64,000 nt of DNA from an uncultured bacterium (GTDB taxonomy: Bacteria > Hydrothermota > UBA3073 > NMUJ01 > CBEVQO01): contig CBEVQO010000002.1 of assembly GCA_965552055.1 (NCBI GenBank), positions 103,229 through 167,228 of the forward strand. The letters are read 5' to 3'. Positions 20,488 to 30,001 of this stretch are shown one piece after another. The translations under genes were made by a program, and so were the position numbers. Each line of letters opens with the position of its first letter. Positions within the stretch are counted from its first letter, which is position 1. The notes beneath the pieces were generated by a model, which worked only from the letters and a program-made list of their open reading frames with translations, searched no databases and was not told the DNA's origin.

Positions 20488-21174
20488 TTATAATGTTGTG
20501 AGGTCTAATTTTATTTTCAGTAAAATTTCTTTTTCTTTTCTTATGATGCATAGGAAACTCTTTTTCTCAATTGGGAAAGTTACCTCTTTTTCACCCACCG
20601 CTATGAGATTGGCATCTTCATACACCTCAAACACAAAATCTTTAATTTCTTCTTCCTTCTCTTTATCCTTAACCTTTTCCACTATTAATTTTATTTTGCC
20701 ATCTAAATTTACAAATTTTAAAGTTGCATCTACTTTTTTTGAAGTTACTTCATATATGCTTTCCCTAAGCGTTGCTGTCCTGTGCTTGTGAGGTCCTCCT
20801 CGCAGTGCACGACGCCTTGCCTTCATTCTAACCTTTGCGGAAATGTTCCATAGATTAACAATGTTTAAAAAATATGCTCCACGGCGTGTTATTAAAAAGG
20901 CAATCACAGGTAGTTTCGCAAGATTCTTTATCCTTTCTTTTTCTTCAGCCGATAATTTCATTTCTTCATCCCAGCAAAAATCTATAACCCTCTGTAAACA
21001 ATAATCGCAAACCTCAAGATGACTGATGAATTGCAGATGTTGATAAAGAGGAAGTTTTCCTTTTAAAAATTTCACAATATAATCATCATCGTATTTATCA
21101 CATTTTCTGGATAATGCCCTTTCTCTGTAAACAGAAGATAGCCATTGGAGTGCCTTTTCGAACTCGTCCTTCAT
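20488..21174 (-). CDS. zf-HC2 anti-sigma factor, soluble (paralog of 9051-9713)
   Basis: FLKGKL...HLEVCDYC; C-terminal domain aligns with the paralog (KDKE...NLIA...EVT...EKK...IRKEK). Confidence 0.82.
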   Translation of the reverse strand: MKDEFEKALQWLSSVYRERALSRKCDKYDDDYIVKFLKGKLPLYQHLQFISHLEVCDYCLQRVIDFCWDEEMKLSAEEKERIKNLAKLPVIAFLITRRGAYFLNIVNLWNISAKVRMKARRRALRGGPHKHRTATLRESIYEVTSKKVDATLKFVNLDGKIKLIVEKVKDKEKEEEIKDFVFEVYEDANLIAVGEKEVTFPIEKKSFLCIIRKEKEILLKIKLDLTTL

Positions 21175-21851
21175 CCTATCTCCTTTTCAACTTCTTTCCA
21201 TAATTTCTCCAATTCTTTTTTGATGTCGGTGAGAATCCTGCTCACATAATTTGGAGTTTTGTTGACTATGCGGGATATCCGGCGGGGAGGGAGACCCTCC
21301 CCTTCTAAATAACTTTGAATCCATACCCTCGCTATGAACTTCTTTGCGCCACGAAGCTTCTGCAGGTAGGCGTCAACTTTTGTTCGAAAGAGTTTCAGTT
21401 TCTTTTCAAATCTTTTTTCTTCCTCTTCCTGTATTATCTCACCTTCAAGGTCATCCGTTACTTTTGAAGAGATTAAAGATTCTACATCACTATCTTCGTC
21501 TTTTGCTAAATCAGTAAATGGTATTATCTGTGGTTCTTTCTTTTCTTTACGAAGCTGGTTCATAAGCCAGTATTTGAAGCATTTATTACTCCATGCGAGA
21601 AATGAGCCTTTTTCTGGATTGAATTTTTTAATTTGTTTTCCCATAATGAGATAATAGTACAAGAATCTACAAACGAATTCTTCGATTTTTGTGGAAGAAA
21701 AGTAAATGTTCTTTGAGATAAGCAATCGCTTGCATCTTTTCCAGAACAGCTCTATTACTTTTTCGATATCACCAAACATTTTGGCACAAGATTCATCTTT
21801 ACACCTATAACATTCCATTGCGTATTTTTTGATTATAATGTCTTTCACCAA
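21171..21851 (-). CDS. Divergent ECF-type sigma factor
   Basis: KFNPEKGSFLAW...MNQLRK region 2; PRRISRIVNKTPNYVSRILTDIKK HTH; coupled to zf-HC2 gene. Confidence 0.75.
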   Translation of the reverse strand: MVKDIIIKKYAMECYRCKDESCAKMFGDIEKVIELFWKRCKRLLISKNIYFSSTKIEEFVCRFLYYYLIMGKQIKKFNPEKGSFLAWSNKCFKYWLMNQLRKEKKEPQIIPFTDLAKDEDSDVESLISSKVTDDLEGEIIQEEEEKRFEKKLKLFRTKVDAYLQKLRGAKKFIARVWIQSYLEGEGLPPRRISRIVNKTPNYVSRILTDIKKELEKLWKEVEKEIG

Positions 21852-23036
21852 TCATTTTATACCCGCTGTGGATATGTCAAGCAATTTTTCGTCTATCTCG
21901 AATCCAAGATGATTTCTCATTCTGTATTTTTTGATGACATTTTCGCCCCTCTTTAACCCATAAAGGTCTGCCAGTGTCCATCTTTCTTTATATTTGAGGA
22001 ATTTTATTTTGTCTTCGCATCCCCAGTATTCGAGCAATTTTTTCGCTTCATCCTGAGTATGGGGACGCAATTCAATAGCTGCAAATGTCCTGCCTGCTCT
22101 CATAAATGCAGGGTCTATCTCCCTTTCGATATTGGTGGTTATTATGATGCGTGAAGGTATCTGCACTATTCCGCCTGTCAGTGAAAGGAGGTCACCTGTA
22201 ACATCAATCCCTGTTTCTTTGCGTGGCTTTACAAATTTATCGAGGTCATCGAGCAAAATTATCATACCATCTGCTACTTCTTCAAGGAAAGATAAAGATT
22301 TCAAAACAGGTTCCTGACGCACCACGAGCAATTCGTTTTTGCCTGCGAATCTGCAAACATGATGCGCAAACCAGCTTTTGCCAGTGCCACATTCACCAAA
22401 CAGGAAAAGAACAATCTCATTCGAATTAAGATAATCCTCTATAAACTGCTTTACATCACCATATTTTTCTTTAATGACAGGATATTTGAGATTCAGCTCT
22501 TCTGGTTCATCACAATGCACATATTGTTTGAACCATAATGATTTGGGCTCTCCGAAATCTCGCTCTACAACCATAATTTTCACATTTATTCTTATGTATT
22601 TGGGTTTGACTTTATCCTTAACTTTGTATTTTTTTAGCCATTTTTCAATTTTCTTTCCAAAGATTTCTTCTGCTTCTTTACTGCAGAAAAATGCAAAGAT
22701 ATCAACAATTGCTACTTTGTTTTCCGCAACTTCCATTCTGAAGAAACAATTAGCAAATCCTTTAAGAGAAGGAAATGTCACCATAACATCGTAACCTCGA
22801 CCTTTATTTACTATTATTTCCCTTTCTTTATCCAGTTTCTTCATCTCCTCATCGAATTCTTTAAAGAATTTCTCTTCGGAACATGATACCATCATTGAGA
22901 TTCTTCTCGTAAATAAGTTCTTGTTTGCGTCAAGGAGTTTCAACAGCTTTATCACTCTGTACTGTCTTAAAAAGCTATTTACAGGCTCAATATCGTCTAT
23001 ATCTAAATTTATCTGAAATTTATCTTTTAGAGTCAT
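21852..23036 (-). CDS. AAA+ ATPase with uncharacterised N-terminal domain
   Basis: GECGTGKS, ILLDDLD, IIITTN, IDPAFMRAGR. Confidence 0.85.
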   Translation of the reverse strand: MTLKDKFQINLDIDDIEPVNSFLRQYRVIKLLKLLDANKNLFTRRISMMVSCSEEKFFKEFDEEMKKLDKEREIIVNKGRGYDVMVTFPSLKGFANCFFRMEVAENKVAIVDIFAFFCSKEAEEIFGKKIEKWLKKYKVKDKVKPKYIRINVKIMVVERDFGEPKSLWFKQYVHCDEPEELNLKYPVIKEKYGDVKQFIEDYLNSNEIVLFLFGECGTGKSWFAHHVCRFAGKNELLVVRQEPVLKSLSFLEEVADGMIILLDDLDKFVKPRKETGIDVTGDLLSLTGGIVQIPSRIIITTNIEREIDPAFMRAGRTFAAIELRPHTQDEAKKLLEYWGCEDKIKFLKYKERWTLADLYGLKRGENVIKKYRMRNHLGFEIDEKLLDISTAGIK

Positions 23037-23057
23037 AACCCCTCCTTTTAACTTAAA

Positions 23058-23636
23058 TCACACAATATTTAACCTTAACAAATAGTAATAATCTCCTATT
23101 ATGCTTAAGCATAAAGCAAATGTATTGATATCATCGGTATCCTTTCCGAACAACTTTGACATAAGTTTAGAAATTTCTCTATAATTATATATTTTCTTAC
23201 CGCGCTTGAAATTATAAATTTCATTCAATTTAACATGTGTAAAAATTGTTTTCTTTGTTAGGATATTCATTACAGTTTTAGTTATCCCTGAATGAGTGAT
23301 TTCAAAATGATATAATTCGTTTTTCTTTTCATCGATATAATAATCGGTAGCGGCTTTTGCAGGCCAGATGATAATTGTATTCGTTATCGTTTTTATGATA
23401 TTTATTCTGGAAACAATGTATTTGAATATCCTTCTTGATAAAATCAATTGGGAGAAACTTCTTACAGGGAGTATCCATACGATGACACCTTCTATATTTC
23501 CCGAGATTTTATTCTTTTTAAGATAAATTTTGTAATCTTTTTTCATCAGCGGTAGAATCAGAAAATAAAGTATTCTTATGAGAACTGTCTCCACAGCTTT
23601 AAACAAGTTTGCCATTATAATGTTTTTTAACTTCAT
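23058..23636 (-). CDS. Hypothetical protein
   Basis: ORF with AAGGAGG RBS. Confidence 0.6.
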   Translation of the reverse strand: MKLKNIIMANLFKAVETVLIRILYFLILPLMKKDYKIYLKKNKISGNIEGVIVWILPVRSFSQLILSRRIFKYIVSRINIIKTITNTIIIWPAKAATDYYIDEKKNELYHFEITHSGITKTVMNILTKKTIFTHVKLNEIYNFKRGKKIYNYREISKLMSKLFGKDTDDINTFALCLSIIGDYYYLLRLNIV

Positions 23637-23689
23637 TTCACCCTCCTTTTATTGCCCGCCCCGATGGGGCAAGATTTAAATTCTATAAC

Positions 23690-23914
23690 TTATGCACTTT
23701 TCTTATTGATTTTTGCTGCAATAGAAGCGAGCATCGCTATTATCACACCAGGTAAGGAAAATAAGAGCATCCAGAGTGCTTTACCATAATCGTACACAGC
23801 ATCGGCTACTCCTTTTCCTCCGTAGGGAATATGTACTGCCTCCGAATAAAATGCAATAGAAATTATAAGACAAATAGCGAACCATATCCAACCAATGACA
23901 CTTAATGCTCTCAT
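23690..23914 (-). CDS. Small two-TM membrane protein
   Basis: Two hydrophobic helices; GGAGG RBS. Confidence 0.65.
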   Translation of the reverse strand: MRALSVIGWIWFAICLIISIAFYSEAVHIPYGGKGVADAVYDYGKALWMLLFSLPGVIIAMLASIAAKINKKSA

Positions 23915-23962
23915 CTCCCCCTCCTTCTTATTATTTTAACGCCCCATCGGAGCAGGCAAAAT

Positions 23963-24514
23963 TTATCGTAAACATTCAAATGAACTCAAAACTTTTTTAA
24001 TAAGTTTTTCCATCTCACCGCCTACCGCCTGATGAAGATAATCTGTATTAATCGTCCACCAGACATTATATATTGCAAAAGGTTCAAAATGCAGATAATA
24101 AAATCGTGAATATAAACCAAAAGGATGCAATGTCACCACTAAATGCCATTTCCTATCTTTACTGTCATAAATATAAGAGCGACCTTGAATTATCCAGCCT
24201 TCTATTTTATCGCCAATGCATGCTGCTGCAAGATATTCGGATATAGACTTTTCATCCCATCTTTGTGGTGATGGAAATGAAATTATTCCAATGCATAATC
24301 CATACCTGACAGGTGTTTCATAGTCGCCTACTTTAGCACTATAAACAGTGCCATACGCACCCATGTCAACAGTGCGTTCTGTTTTTACATAAAAGTCAGG
24401 AACCTTTACTTTGAATAAGCCACTCGGATGACGATACCATTTCATATCCACACAGAATGCTCCACTTCCGTCTACAATAAAAATCATAAACAATACTATT
24501 TTTAAATACTTCAT
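23963..24514 (-). CDS. Putative exported hypothetical protein
   Basis: Signal-like N-terminus MKYLKIVLFMIFIV; RBS before ATG 24514. Confidence 0.6.
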   Translation of the reverse strand: MKYLKIVLFMIFIVDGSGAFCVDMKWYRHPSGLFKVKVPDFYVKTERTVDMGAYGTVYSAKVGDYETPVRYGLCIGIISFPSPQRWDEKSISEYLAAACIGDKIEGWIIQGRSYIYDSKDRKWHLVVTLHPFGLYSRFYYLHFEPFAIYNVWWTINTDYLHQAVGGEMEKLIKKVLSSFECLR

Positions 24515-24581
24515 AACCCCCTCCTTCCCCATCGGAGCAGGCAAAATTTACTTTCGATTTTCAAAGAGCTCTCTCAATTAT

Positions 24582-24610
24582 TTATTACTTCTTTCATGTA
24601 TTTTCTTACA
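24582..24610 (-). promoter_or_regulatory. Candidate ECF promoter TGTAAG-N16-GTAATAA
   Basis: Exact motif and spacing. Confidence 0.65.
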
Positions 24611-25250
24611 CAAATTTTTTAATGAGTTCATCTTTGTATGCATCTGTCATTTCTTCTCGCTCTCTTGCTCTCATTTTTTCATTATATTCTTTAACTGCTT
24701 CTTTTATCCTTCTGCGTAAGTTCTCCGGACTCGAAGCATAACCCAGTATTTTATTGAACTGAGAAAGAATATAGCGTAAATGTAAAGGTGTGGGAATTAA
24801 TACACTTAATGGTATTTTTTGCTCCTCACCAAATACATTTTTTGTTCTTTTCCATATTATGAAGTAAAATTCTTTGTAATCTGCAACTACTTCAAAATCT
24901 TCATACCCATAAATGTATTTAAATCTGACTTCTTCGGGCTTCACTTCTACTTTTTCACACTTTATCCATTTAAGACAATCAAGCACTTCTTCGAGTTTTA
25001 AAGGTTTATATTTGCCACCCTGACATATTGCTGTCATAAAGCGCCCCTGATCCGGACGCTGATGTAACCTGCATTCTATCATCGTTTTTACCATTTTTGC
25101 AGATAAATGACTACTACTGCTCTCAACAAATCGATAACCTTTCAGTTCTGCCCATACCGGCATAATAACACGAATATCATAGGGATTGTAAATATACCAA
25201 TCCCAAATACCTTCTAATTCTGCCCACACAGGATTTTTAATTTTTAACAT
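24606..25250 (-). CDS. Hypothetical protein
   Basis: ORF; AAGGAGGTG before ATG 25250. Confidence 0.6.
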   Translation of the reverse strand: MLKIKNPVWAELEGIWDWYIYNPYDIRVIMPVWAELKGYRFVESSSSHLSAKMVKTMIECRLHQRPDQGRFMTAICQGGKYKPLKLEEVLDCLKWIKCEKVEVKPEEVRFKYIYGYEDFEVVADYKEFYFIIWKRTKNVFGEEQKIPLSVLIPTPLHLRYILSQFNKILGYASSPENLRRRIKEAVKEYNEKMRAREREEMTDAYKDELIKKFV

Positions 25251-25278
25251 ATCACCTCCTTTTTGCCATCTCATATTT

Positions 25279-25307
25279 ATATTAAACTAAATTACGATTT
25301 TCTTACA
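25279..25307 (-). promoter_or_regulatory. Candidate ECF promoter TGTAAG-N16-TTAATAT (variant)
   Basis: Same -35 and spacing, degenerate -10. Confidence 0.5.
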
Positions 25308-26562
25308 AATCTATTTTCAGAATTAACCAGTCGTTCCTTTTAAAGGGCTTTTCATCTGTCGTTAATAATATTTTTCTTTTAGCTTTTAAATTAAGATATT
25401 TCTTCCATTCTTCGCCTCTCCATAATCCGTCTGTTAGTATTACAAGCATATCCTGTGCTTTTATCCGCTTACTTACTTCAGCGAGCGCTTCTGTAGGGTC
25501 TGTTCCACCCCTACCTTTTATCTTAAAACTCACTTTATTGGTAAATCTCTTAAAACCATAAAATTTAACATCCCAGCATCCCCAGTAAACTTCTGCTTCT
25601 TTGCTCATGCTTTTAATCTCTCCCATAAATTGTTGGAGTTGTTTTTTGTCTATACTTCCACTCGTATCTAAAAGGACGAAAACCCTGCCCTTTTCGAGAT
25701 ATAATCTCCCTTTCGCATCCGGTACCTTTCTGCTGGGACGCTTCCATGTGGGAATGCAAAAACTCGAAATCCATTCCCTGTAATATGTGCGTAAAAGGCG
25801 TTTCCAGTTTACTTTGCTTTTAAATAGAATATCAACAAGTTCTTCCAAGCCAGCGGGAAGATATCCTGCTGTTTTTGCTAATACCAAAGCACGCCTGAAC
25901 TCATCCCTGATTTTTTCCTTTTCTTCATCTCTGACTCCCGAACCCTCGCTAGGATATTTCTTTTCTTCTCCTCCGGCTCCTGAACCCTCGCTAGGATATT
26001 TCTTTTCTTCTCCTCCGGCTCCTGAACTCTCATCTCCTAAATCCTTGCGAGGATAAAGGTCGCTTCCTTTTATAATATTAAGGATACGGTCTATTCTTAT
26101 TTTTCCCGATTTTACCTTTGATAATAATTCTTTGTAAATTTCTTCGGTACTCATCCTTTTTATTTCATATACGGATTTTCCAATCAATTGAGCGATTGTA
26201 AAAGGAGTTATTTCCCTGTAAGATAGTTTGAAATTAAGTTCATCTAAGTATTGATTGACTTTGCAATCGGCTGCTATATTCCATAGCAGGGCATCTATTT
26301 CATCCAGATTTTTTATCCTTTCGCAGTGTTCAAGCACTATATGAAGCAACTCGTGAAATAATAATTTAACGCCTTCTGCAATTGTGTGAATTTTTGATGT
26401 ATTCAAAAAGATTTCCAATCCATTCGTATAAGCCGGAACTTCAGATTCTTCGTCTATTCTTAGATATTTCTGAACCTTCCACAACACAGGGACAAAAAAG
26501 GGAAATAATACAGAACTAATTTCAATCGCTGCTTCAAATATGCTTTTCAACAGGTTGCTCAT
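25303..26562 (-). CDS. DUF2201-type metallopeptidase plus vWA-like domain protein
   Basis: AYTNG, FHELLHIVLEH (HExxH), WNIAADCKVN, LLDTSGSI (MIDAS), GRGGTD, ILTDG. Confidence 0.88.
   Translation of the reverse strand: MSNLLKSIFEAAIEISSVLFPFFVPVLWKVQKYLRIDEESEVPAYTNGLEIFLNTSKIHTIAEGVKLLFHELLHIVLEHCERIKNLDEIDALLWNIAADCKVNQYLDELNFKLSYREITPFTIAQLIGKSVYEIKRMSTEEIYKELLSKVKSGKIRIDRILNIIKGSDLYPRKDLGDESSGAGGEEKKYPSEGSGAGGEEKKYPSEGSGVRDEEKEKIRDEFRRALVLAKTAGYLPAGLEELVDILFKSKVNWKRLLRTYYREWISSFCIPTWKRPSRKVPDAKGRLYLEKGRVFVLLDTSGSIDKKQLQQFMGEIKSMSKEAEVYWGCWDVKFYGFKRFTNKVSFKIKGRGGTDPTEALAEVSKRIKAQDMLVILTDGLWRGEEWKKYLNLKAKRKILLTTDEKPFKRNDWLILKIDL
25940..26027. repeat. 42-bp in-frame tandem duplication in the inter-domain linker
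   Basis: Encodes SGAGGEEKKYPSEG twice. Confidence 0.9.
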
Positions 26563-26574
26563 AATACCTCCTTT

Positions 26575-27708
26575 TTACCATTCTTTTTTAAACTTTGCAA
26601 CTTTTGTTCCTAAATCTTTAATTAATTCTTTGAGAGATGTATCTATCATTTTGAGCATTTCTTCGTAAATTTCTCTCCTCTTTTTGACTGGCAACATCCT
26701 GAAGAAAAGAGAAAGAGTAAGCATCACCATTTCTCTGTCCTCAGAAAGAGCAGGAATGAAAATCACTTCCTCAATTTTCTTATATTTTTCAGGGAAATTT
26801 TTTAACAAATAGTGAGCAAGATGTGTGAAAAAGAGATATTTTATATCCATCGTTTTCAATTTATCTCCGGGATATTTTTTATTCTTAATACACTCTTCTA
26901 TATCCGGGAAATTCCTTGTTACTTTGATAAACTGATAAAATTTACTTCCAACTTCGCCTCCCAAAAATGCCTGACAATCTTCTTCGTAATACTTTTCATT
27001 TTTGTTTAGAAATTCGCTGAGCATCGTCCAGCTTCTTGGAGTCGGATAAGGTTCTACAGCTGTACCCGAATCAGGTGGTTTGTAAAAATCCTCCGGAAAC
27101 TTCATCAAATATGCTATTACATTGGGGTTAGTTCTCTCTTTTGTTGACTCATAAGAAATCCATTCTTTAACGGTGGCAGGTTCAACTTCATATACTGCTG
27201 CGCGATTCATTATCGGAGTGGCTAATTCTGTTGCTACATCGCTGTATTCCGGGGGATTGCCTGCACCCACCACCATTACATCGGGATGAAGTTTCAACCA
27301 TCCAACTCTTTTATCCAGCAACAATTTGAATAAAATGCTCTGTACATCGGGACGCAATGTGTTAGATATTTCATCCAGAAATAATACACCCGGACACTTA
27401 CTTAATGCATGCAATGGTCTGTTATACTTGAACTGAAGCTTTCCATCATTTTCACGGGGTATAAAGAAATCTTCCTGTGTAACCTCATATAATCTAATAT
27501 CGAGCAAGATAAAGGAATTTTTAATTTCTCCGTCGGACAAACTATCATCCCACTCCAGATATTTCAATCCCATCTCTTTTGCTTTTTGTTCTGCAAATTC
27601 ATGAACCTGCTCAGATTTACCGATACCAGGACCTCCAAATAGTATCACAGTGCGAGGATAATGACGATTGAGTGTCTCCAATACACGATTTATTTTTAAT
27701 TTCTTCAT
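26575..27708 (-). CDS. MoxR-like AAA+ ATPase
   Basis: GGPGIGKS, LFLDEI, GAGNP, PTPRSW; start 27708 after RBS. Confidence 0.88.
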   Translation of the reverse strand: MKKLKINRVLETLNRHYPRTVILFGGPGIGKSEQVHEFAEQKAKEMGLKYLEWDDSLSDGEIKNSFILLDIRLYEVTQEDFFIPRENDGKLQFKYNRPLHALSKCPGVLFLDEISNTLRPDVQSILFKLLLDKRVGWLKLHPDVMVVGAGNPPEYSDVATELATPIMNRAAVYEVEPATVKEWISYESTKERTNPNVIAYLMKFPEDFYKPPDSGTAVEPYPTPRSWTMLSEFLNKNEKYYEEDCQAFLGGEVGSKFYQFIKVTRNFPDIEECIKNKKYPGDKLKTMDIKYLFFTHLAHYLLKNFPEKYKKIEEVIFIPALSEDREMVMLTLSLFFRMLPVKKRREIYEEMLKMIDTSLKELIKDLGTKVAKFKKEW

Positions 27709-27721
27709 AACACCCCCCAGC

Positions 27722-28192
27722 TTATTGAAAGAGGCAAATAAAAGATGCAATTGATGTGAGCCTGTCATTTAAATTGTTAAGAATTGAGGTGACATCTCTT
27801 TTTAATTCTTCTTTACTCTTGATATTCTTCTTCCATATCATAAAATAAGTTGAAATTATTTTGATTGAATAACCTTTCACTCCGAGAGATTTGTATATAT
27901 CTTGCATTATACAACCTCTTATGTCCTTATTTTGAAATGAACCCATGTATTTGCTGAAAAGATAAATCAGTTTTTCGAATTCAATTGTGAGAAATACTTT
28001 GTAGTGCTCTCGCTTCACAATCCACATTATAAGTTGAGTATCGTATCCAAATTGTTTCAGCAGAGTTTGTTTAACTTGAATCTCATATCCATTTTCTCCC
28101 AGTAATTTACCTGTTAAATCGAAAGGAAACTGAACCTTTGATTCCAAATCATGCATAATTTCTCTCATTTCACACTGTAATTGCTTAATCAT
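27722..28192 (-). CDS. Hypothetical protein (paralog of 28217-28714)
   Basis: IVKR...CI..DIY..L..KGY pattern shared with neighbour; GGAGG RBS. Confidence 0.6.
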   Translation of the reverse strand: MIKQLQCEMREIMHDLESKVQFPFDLTGKLLGENGYEIQVKQTLLKQFGYDTQLIMWIVKREHYKVFLTIEFEKLIYLFSKYMGSFQNKDIRGCIMQDIYKSLGVKGYSIKIISTYFMIWKKNIKSKEELKRDVTSILNNLNDRLTSIASFICLFQ

Positions 28193-28216
28193 AACACCTC
28201 CTTTAAATTTATAATT

Positions 28217-28714
28217 TTAGCCGTAAGCCCGTTGTTGATATAATATCATCATAATATCGTTGAGAACCGAGATGCAAAATTGTTTCACTTTTGTTTCACT
28301 ATATATATCTCTTGCTATACGGAGGAAACCCTTTCCAACATCAACTTTATAACCTCTTAATTTAAGCCGGTTATATATTTCCCCCAAAATGCATCTTTTT
28401 ACATTTTTGATTACTTTCTTTATTTTTTTCTCTTCCTTTTTATCTTTAATTTTTATCACTGCATTTGGACAGCCAACTGCAACCCATATTCTATAAATCT
28501 TGGACCTTTTAACAATGCGAAGCATAATCCGGGCAGTGATGTTGAAATCAGGGAAATTAATCAACACGGTGGATTTACCATCAATCTGAAAATCCGAGCT
28601 GTTATCACCAAGCTGGCATATTGTAAGGCAAGGTGGGTTCTTAACACCCAGATATATCGCACGCATAATCCTTGCCCCGGCTCCAAAGCACAAAAAATCA
28701 TGCATACGAAACAT
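28217..28714 (-). CDS. Hypothetical protein (paralog of 27722-28192)
   Basis: IVKR...CILGEIYNRLKLRGY; RBS before ATG 28714. Confidence 0.6.
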   Translation of the reverse strand: MFRMHDFLCFGAGARIMRAIYLGVKNPPCLTICQLGDNSSDFQIDGKSTVLINFPDFNITARIMLRIVKRSKIYRIWVAVGCPNAVIKIKDKKEEKKIKKVIKNVKRCILGEIYNRLKLRGYKVDVGKGFLRIARDIYSETKVKQFCISVLNDIMMILYQQRAYG

Positions 28715-28738
28715 AACACCCCCCTTGTTTCTCATTAA

Positions 28739-28767
28739 TTATTACTGCTTTTGATTATTTTCTTACA
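28739..28767 (-). promoter_or_regulatory. Candidate ECF promoter TGTAAG-N16-GTAATAA
   Basis: Exact motif and spacing. Confidence 0.65.
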
Positions 28768-29989
28768 AATCTATTTTCAAAATTGTCCAGTCATTTCTCC
28801 TGAAAGGTTTTTTACTCGTAGTCAAAAGCAATTTTCTTTTCGCATTTATATTAAGATATTTTTTCCACTCATTTCCATACCATTCCCCATCCGTAAGAAT
28901 TACAAGCATATCATGTGGTTTTATAACTTTTTTAACTTCCTTTAAAGCTTTTGTAGGGTCTGTTCCACCTCTCCCTCTTATCTTGAATTTTGTTTCACTA
29001 TTTTTTACCTTTTGCAAACCGTAGAAATCAACATCCCAGCATCCCCAGTAAACTTCTGCATCCTTATTCATAGTTTTTATCTCAGCCATAAACTGTTCAA
29101 GTTCAGCATGCCCGATACTACCGCTTGTATCTACGAGTACATAAACTTTACCTTTTCCCAAATATAATTTGCCTTTGACATCGGGAACTTTTCTGCTCGG
29201 ACGCTTCCATGTTGATACACAAAAATGAGATATCCATTCACGGAAATATGTACGCAAAAATCTCTTCCAGTTTATCTTGCTTTTGTCTTTTGCATCCACA
29301 ACCTCTTCCATCTTTGCTGCTACATTGCCAGCACTCTTCAGCGCTTCTGTTATACCCCGCCTAATTTCATCAAGGTCTATATCTTCAAATTGATTTCCCA
29401 CACCTGCTCCCTCTTCACATTCTTCCATATCTTCATCTACTTCAATAACTTCAGGTATGCATCCACTTGATAAACATTCCAGTAAATCCCAATCTACTTC
29501 TTTTAATCTACCTCGACATTTTTTTACAATCTTTATCTCATGAATCTTCACTACTTCGGCGAGTTTTAAATAAATTTGTTCTGTTGTCATTTTCTCTATT
29601 TGCTGTGGAGAAAAGCCAGTTAATCCTTCAATGATTCTCGCTGTTTGCATATCCTTCGTCTTTAAACCGAGTTTTGACATTATTGCATTCACTTTACAAT
29701 CTGCTGCAAGATTCCACAATAATCTATTTCTTTTATCCATAAATTTCAATCTTAAAGGATGTTCAAGAATATAATGGAAGAAAACATGCAAAAAATTTAT
29801 GCATTCTTCTCCTGTGCTTAACCTCTCGGGGTTTACCCTTATTATCCTGCCATCTGTCTTTACAGGTGTGTCCATTTCTCTATCTTCTACAACTGCTTTT
29901 TCAACCCTGTATAATGCTGGCAAAAGAAAATGTGCTTTGGAAACCGTTAATAATTGCCTTACCTTTTTAATTAATGTTGCGGTATCCAT
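28763..29989 (-). CDS. DUF2201-type vWA protein with degenerate peptidase motif
   Basis: KTDG, FLHVFFHYILEH (no catalytic Glu), WNLAADCKVN, VDTSGSI, GRGGTD. Confidence 0.87.
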   Translation of the reverse strand: MDTATLIKKVRQLLTVSKAHFLLPALYRVEKAVVEDREMDTPVKTDGRIIRVNPERLSTGEECINFLHVFFHYILEHPLRLKFMDKRNRLLWNLAADCKVNAIMSKLGLKTKDMQTARIIEGLTGFSPQQIEKMTTEQIYLKLAEVVKIHEIKIVKKCRGRLKEVDWDLLECLSSGCIPEVIEVDEDMEECEEGAGVGNQFEDIDLDEIRRGITEALKSAGNVAAKMEEVVDAKDKSKINWKRFLRTYFREWISHFCVSTWKRPSRKVPDVKGKLYLGKGKVYVLVDTSGSIGHAELEQFMAEIKTMNKDAEVYWGCWDVDFYGLQKVKNSETKFKIRGRGGTDPTKALKEVKKVIKPHDMLVILTDGEWYGNEWKKYLNINAKRKLLLTTSKKPFRRNDWTILKIDL

Positions 29990-30001
29990 TTTTACCTCCC
30001 G

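Larger units (their letters stand above)
23652..24550. repeat. Three copies of a ~25-bp intergenic quasi-palindrome (23652-23678, 23941-23965, 24527-24550)
   Basis: ccccatcggagcaggcaaaattta is identical at 23942 and 24527; the third copy has its core inverted. Confidence 0.8.

Noticed and set aside
23640-24560. Integron attC sites
   Set aside because: Repeats are about 25 bp, lack paired RYYYAAC/GTTRRRY boxes, and no intI is present
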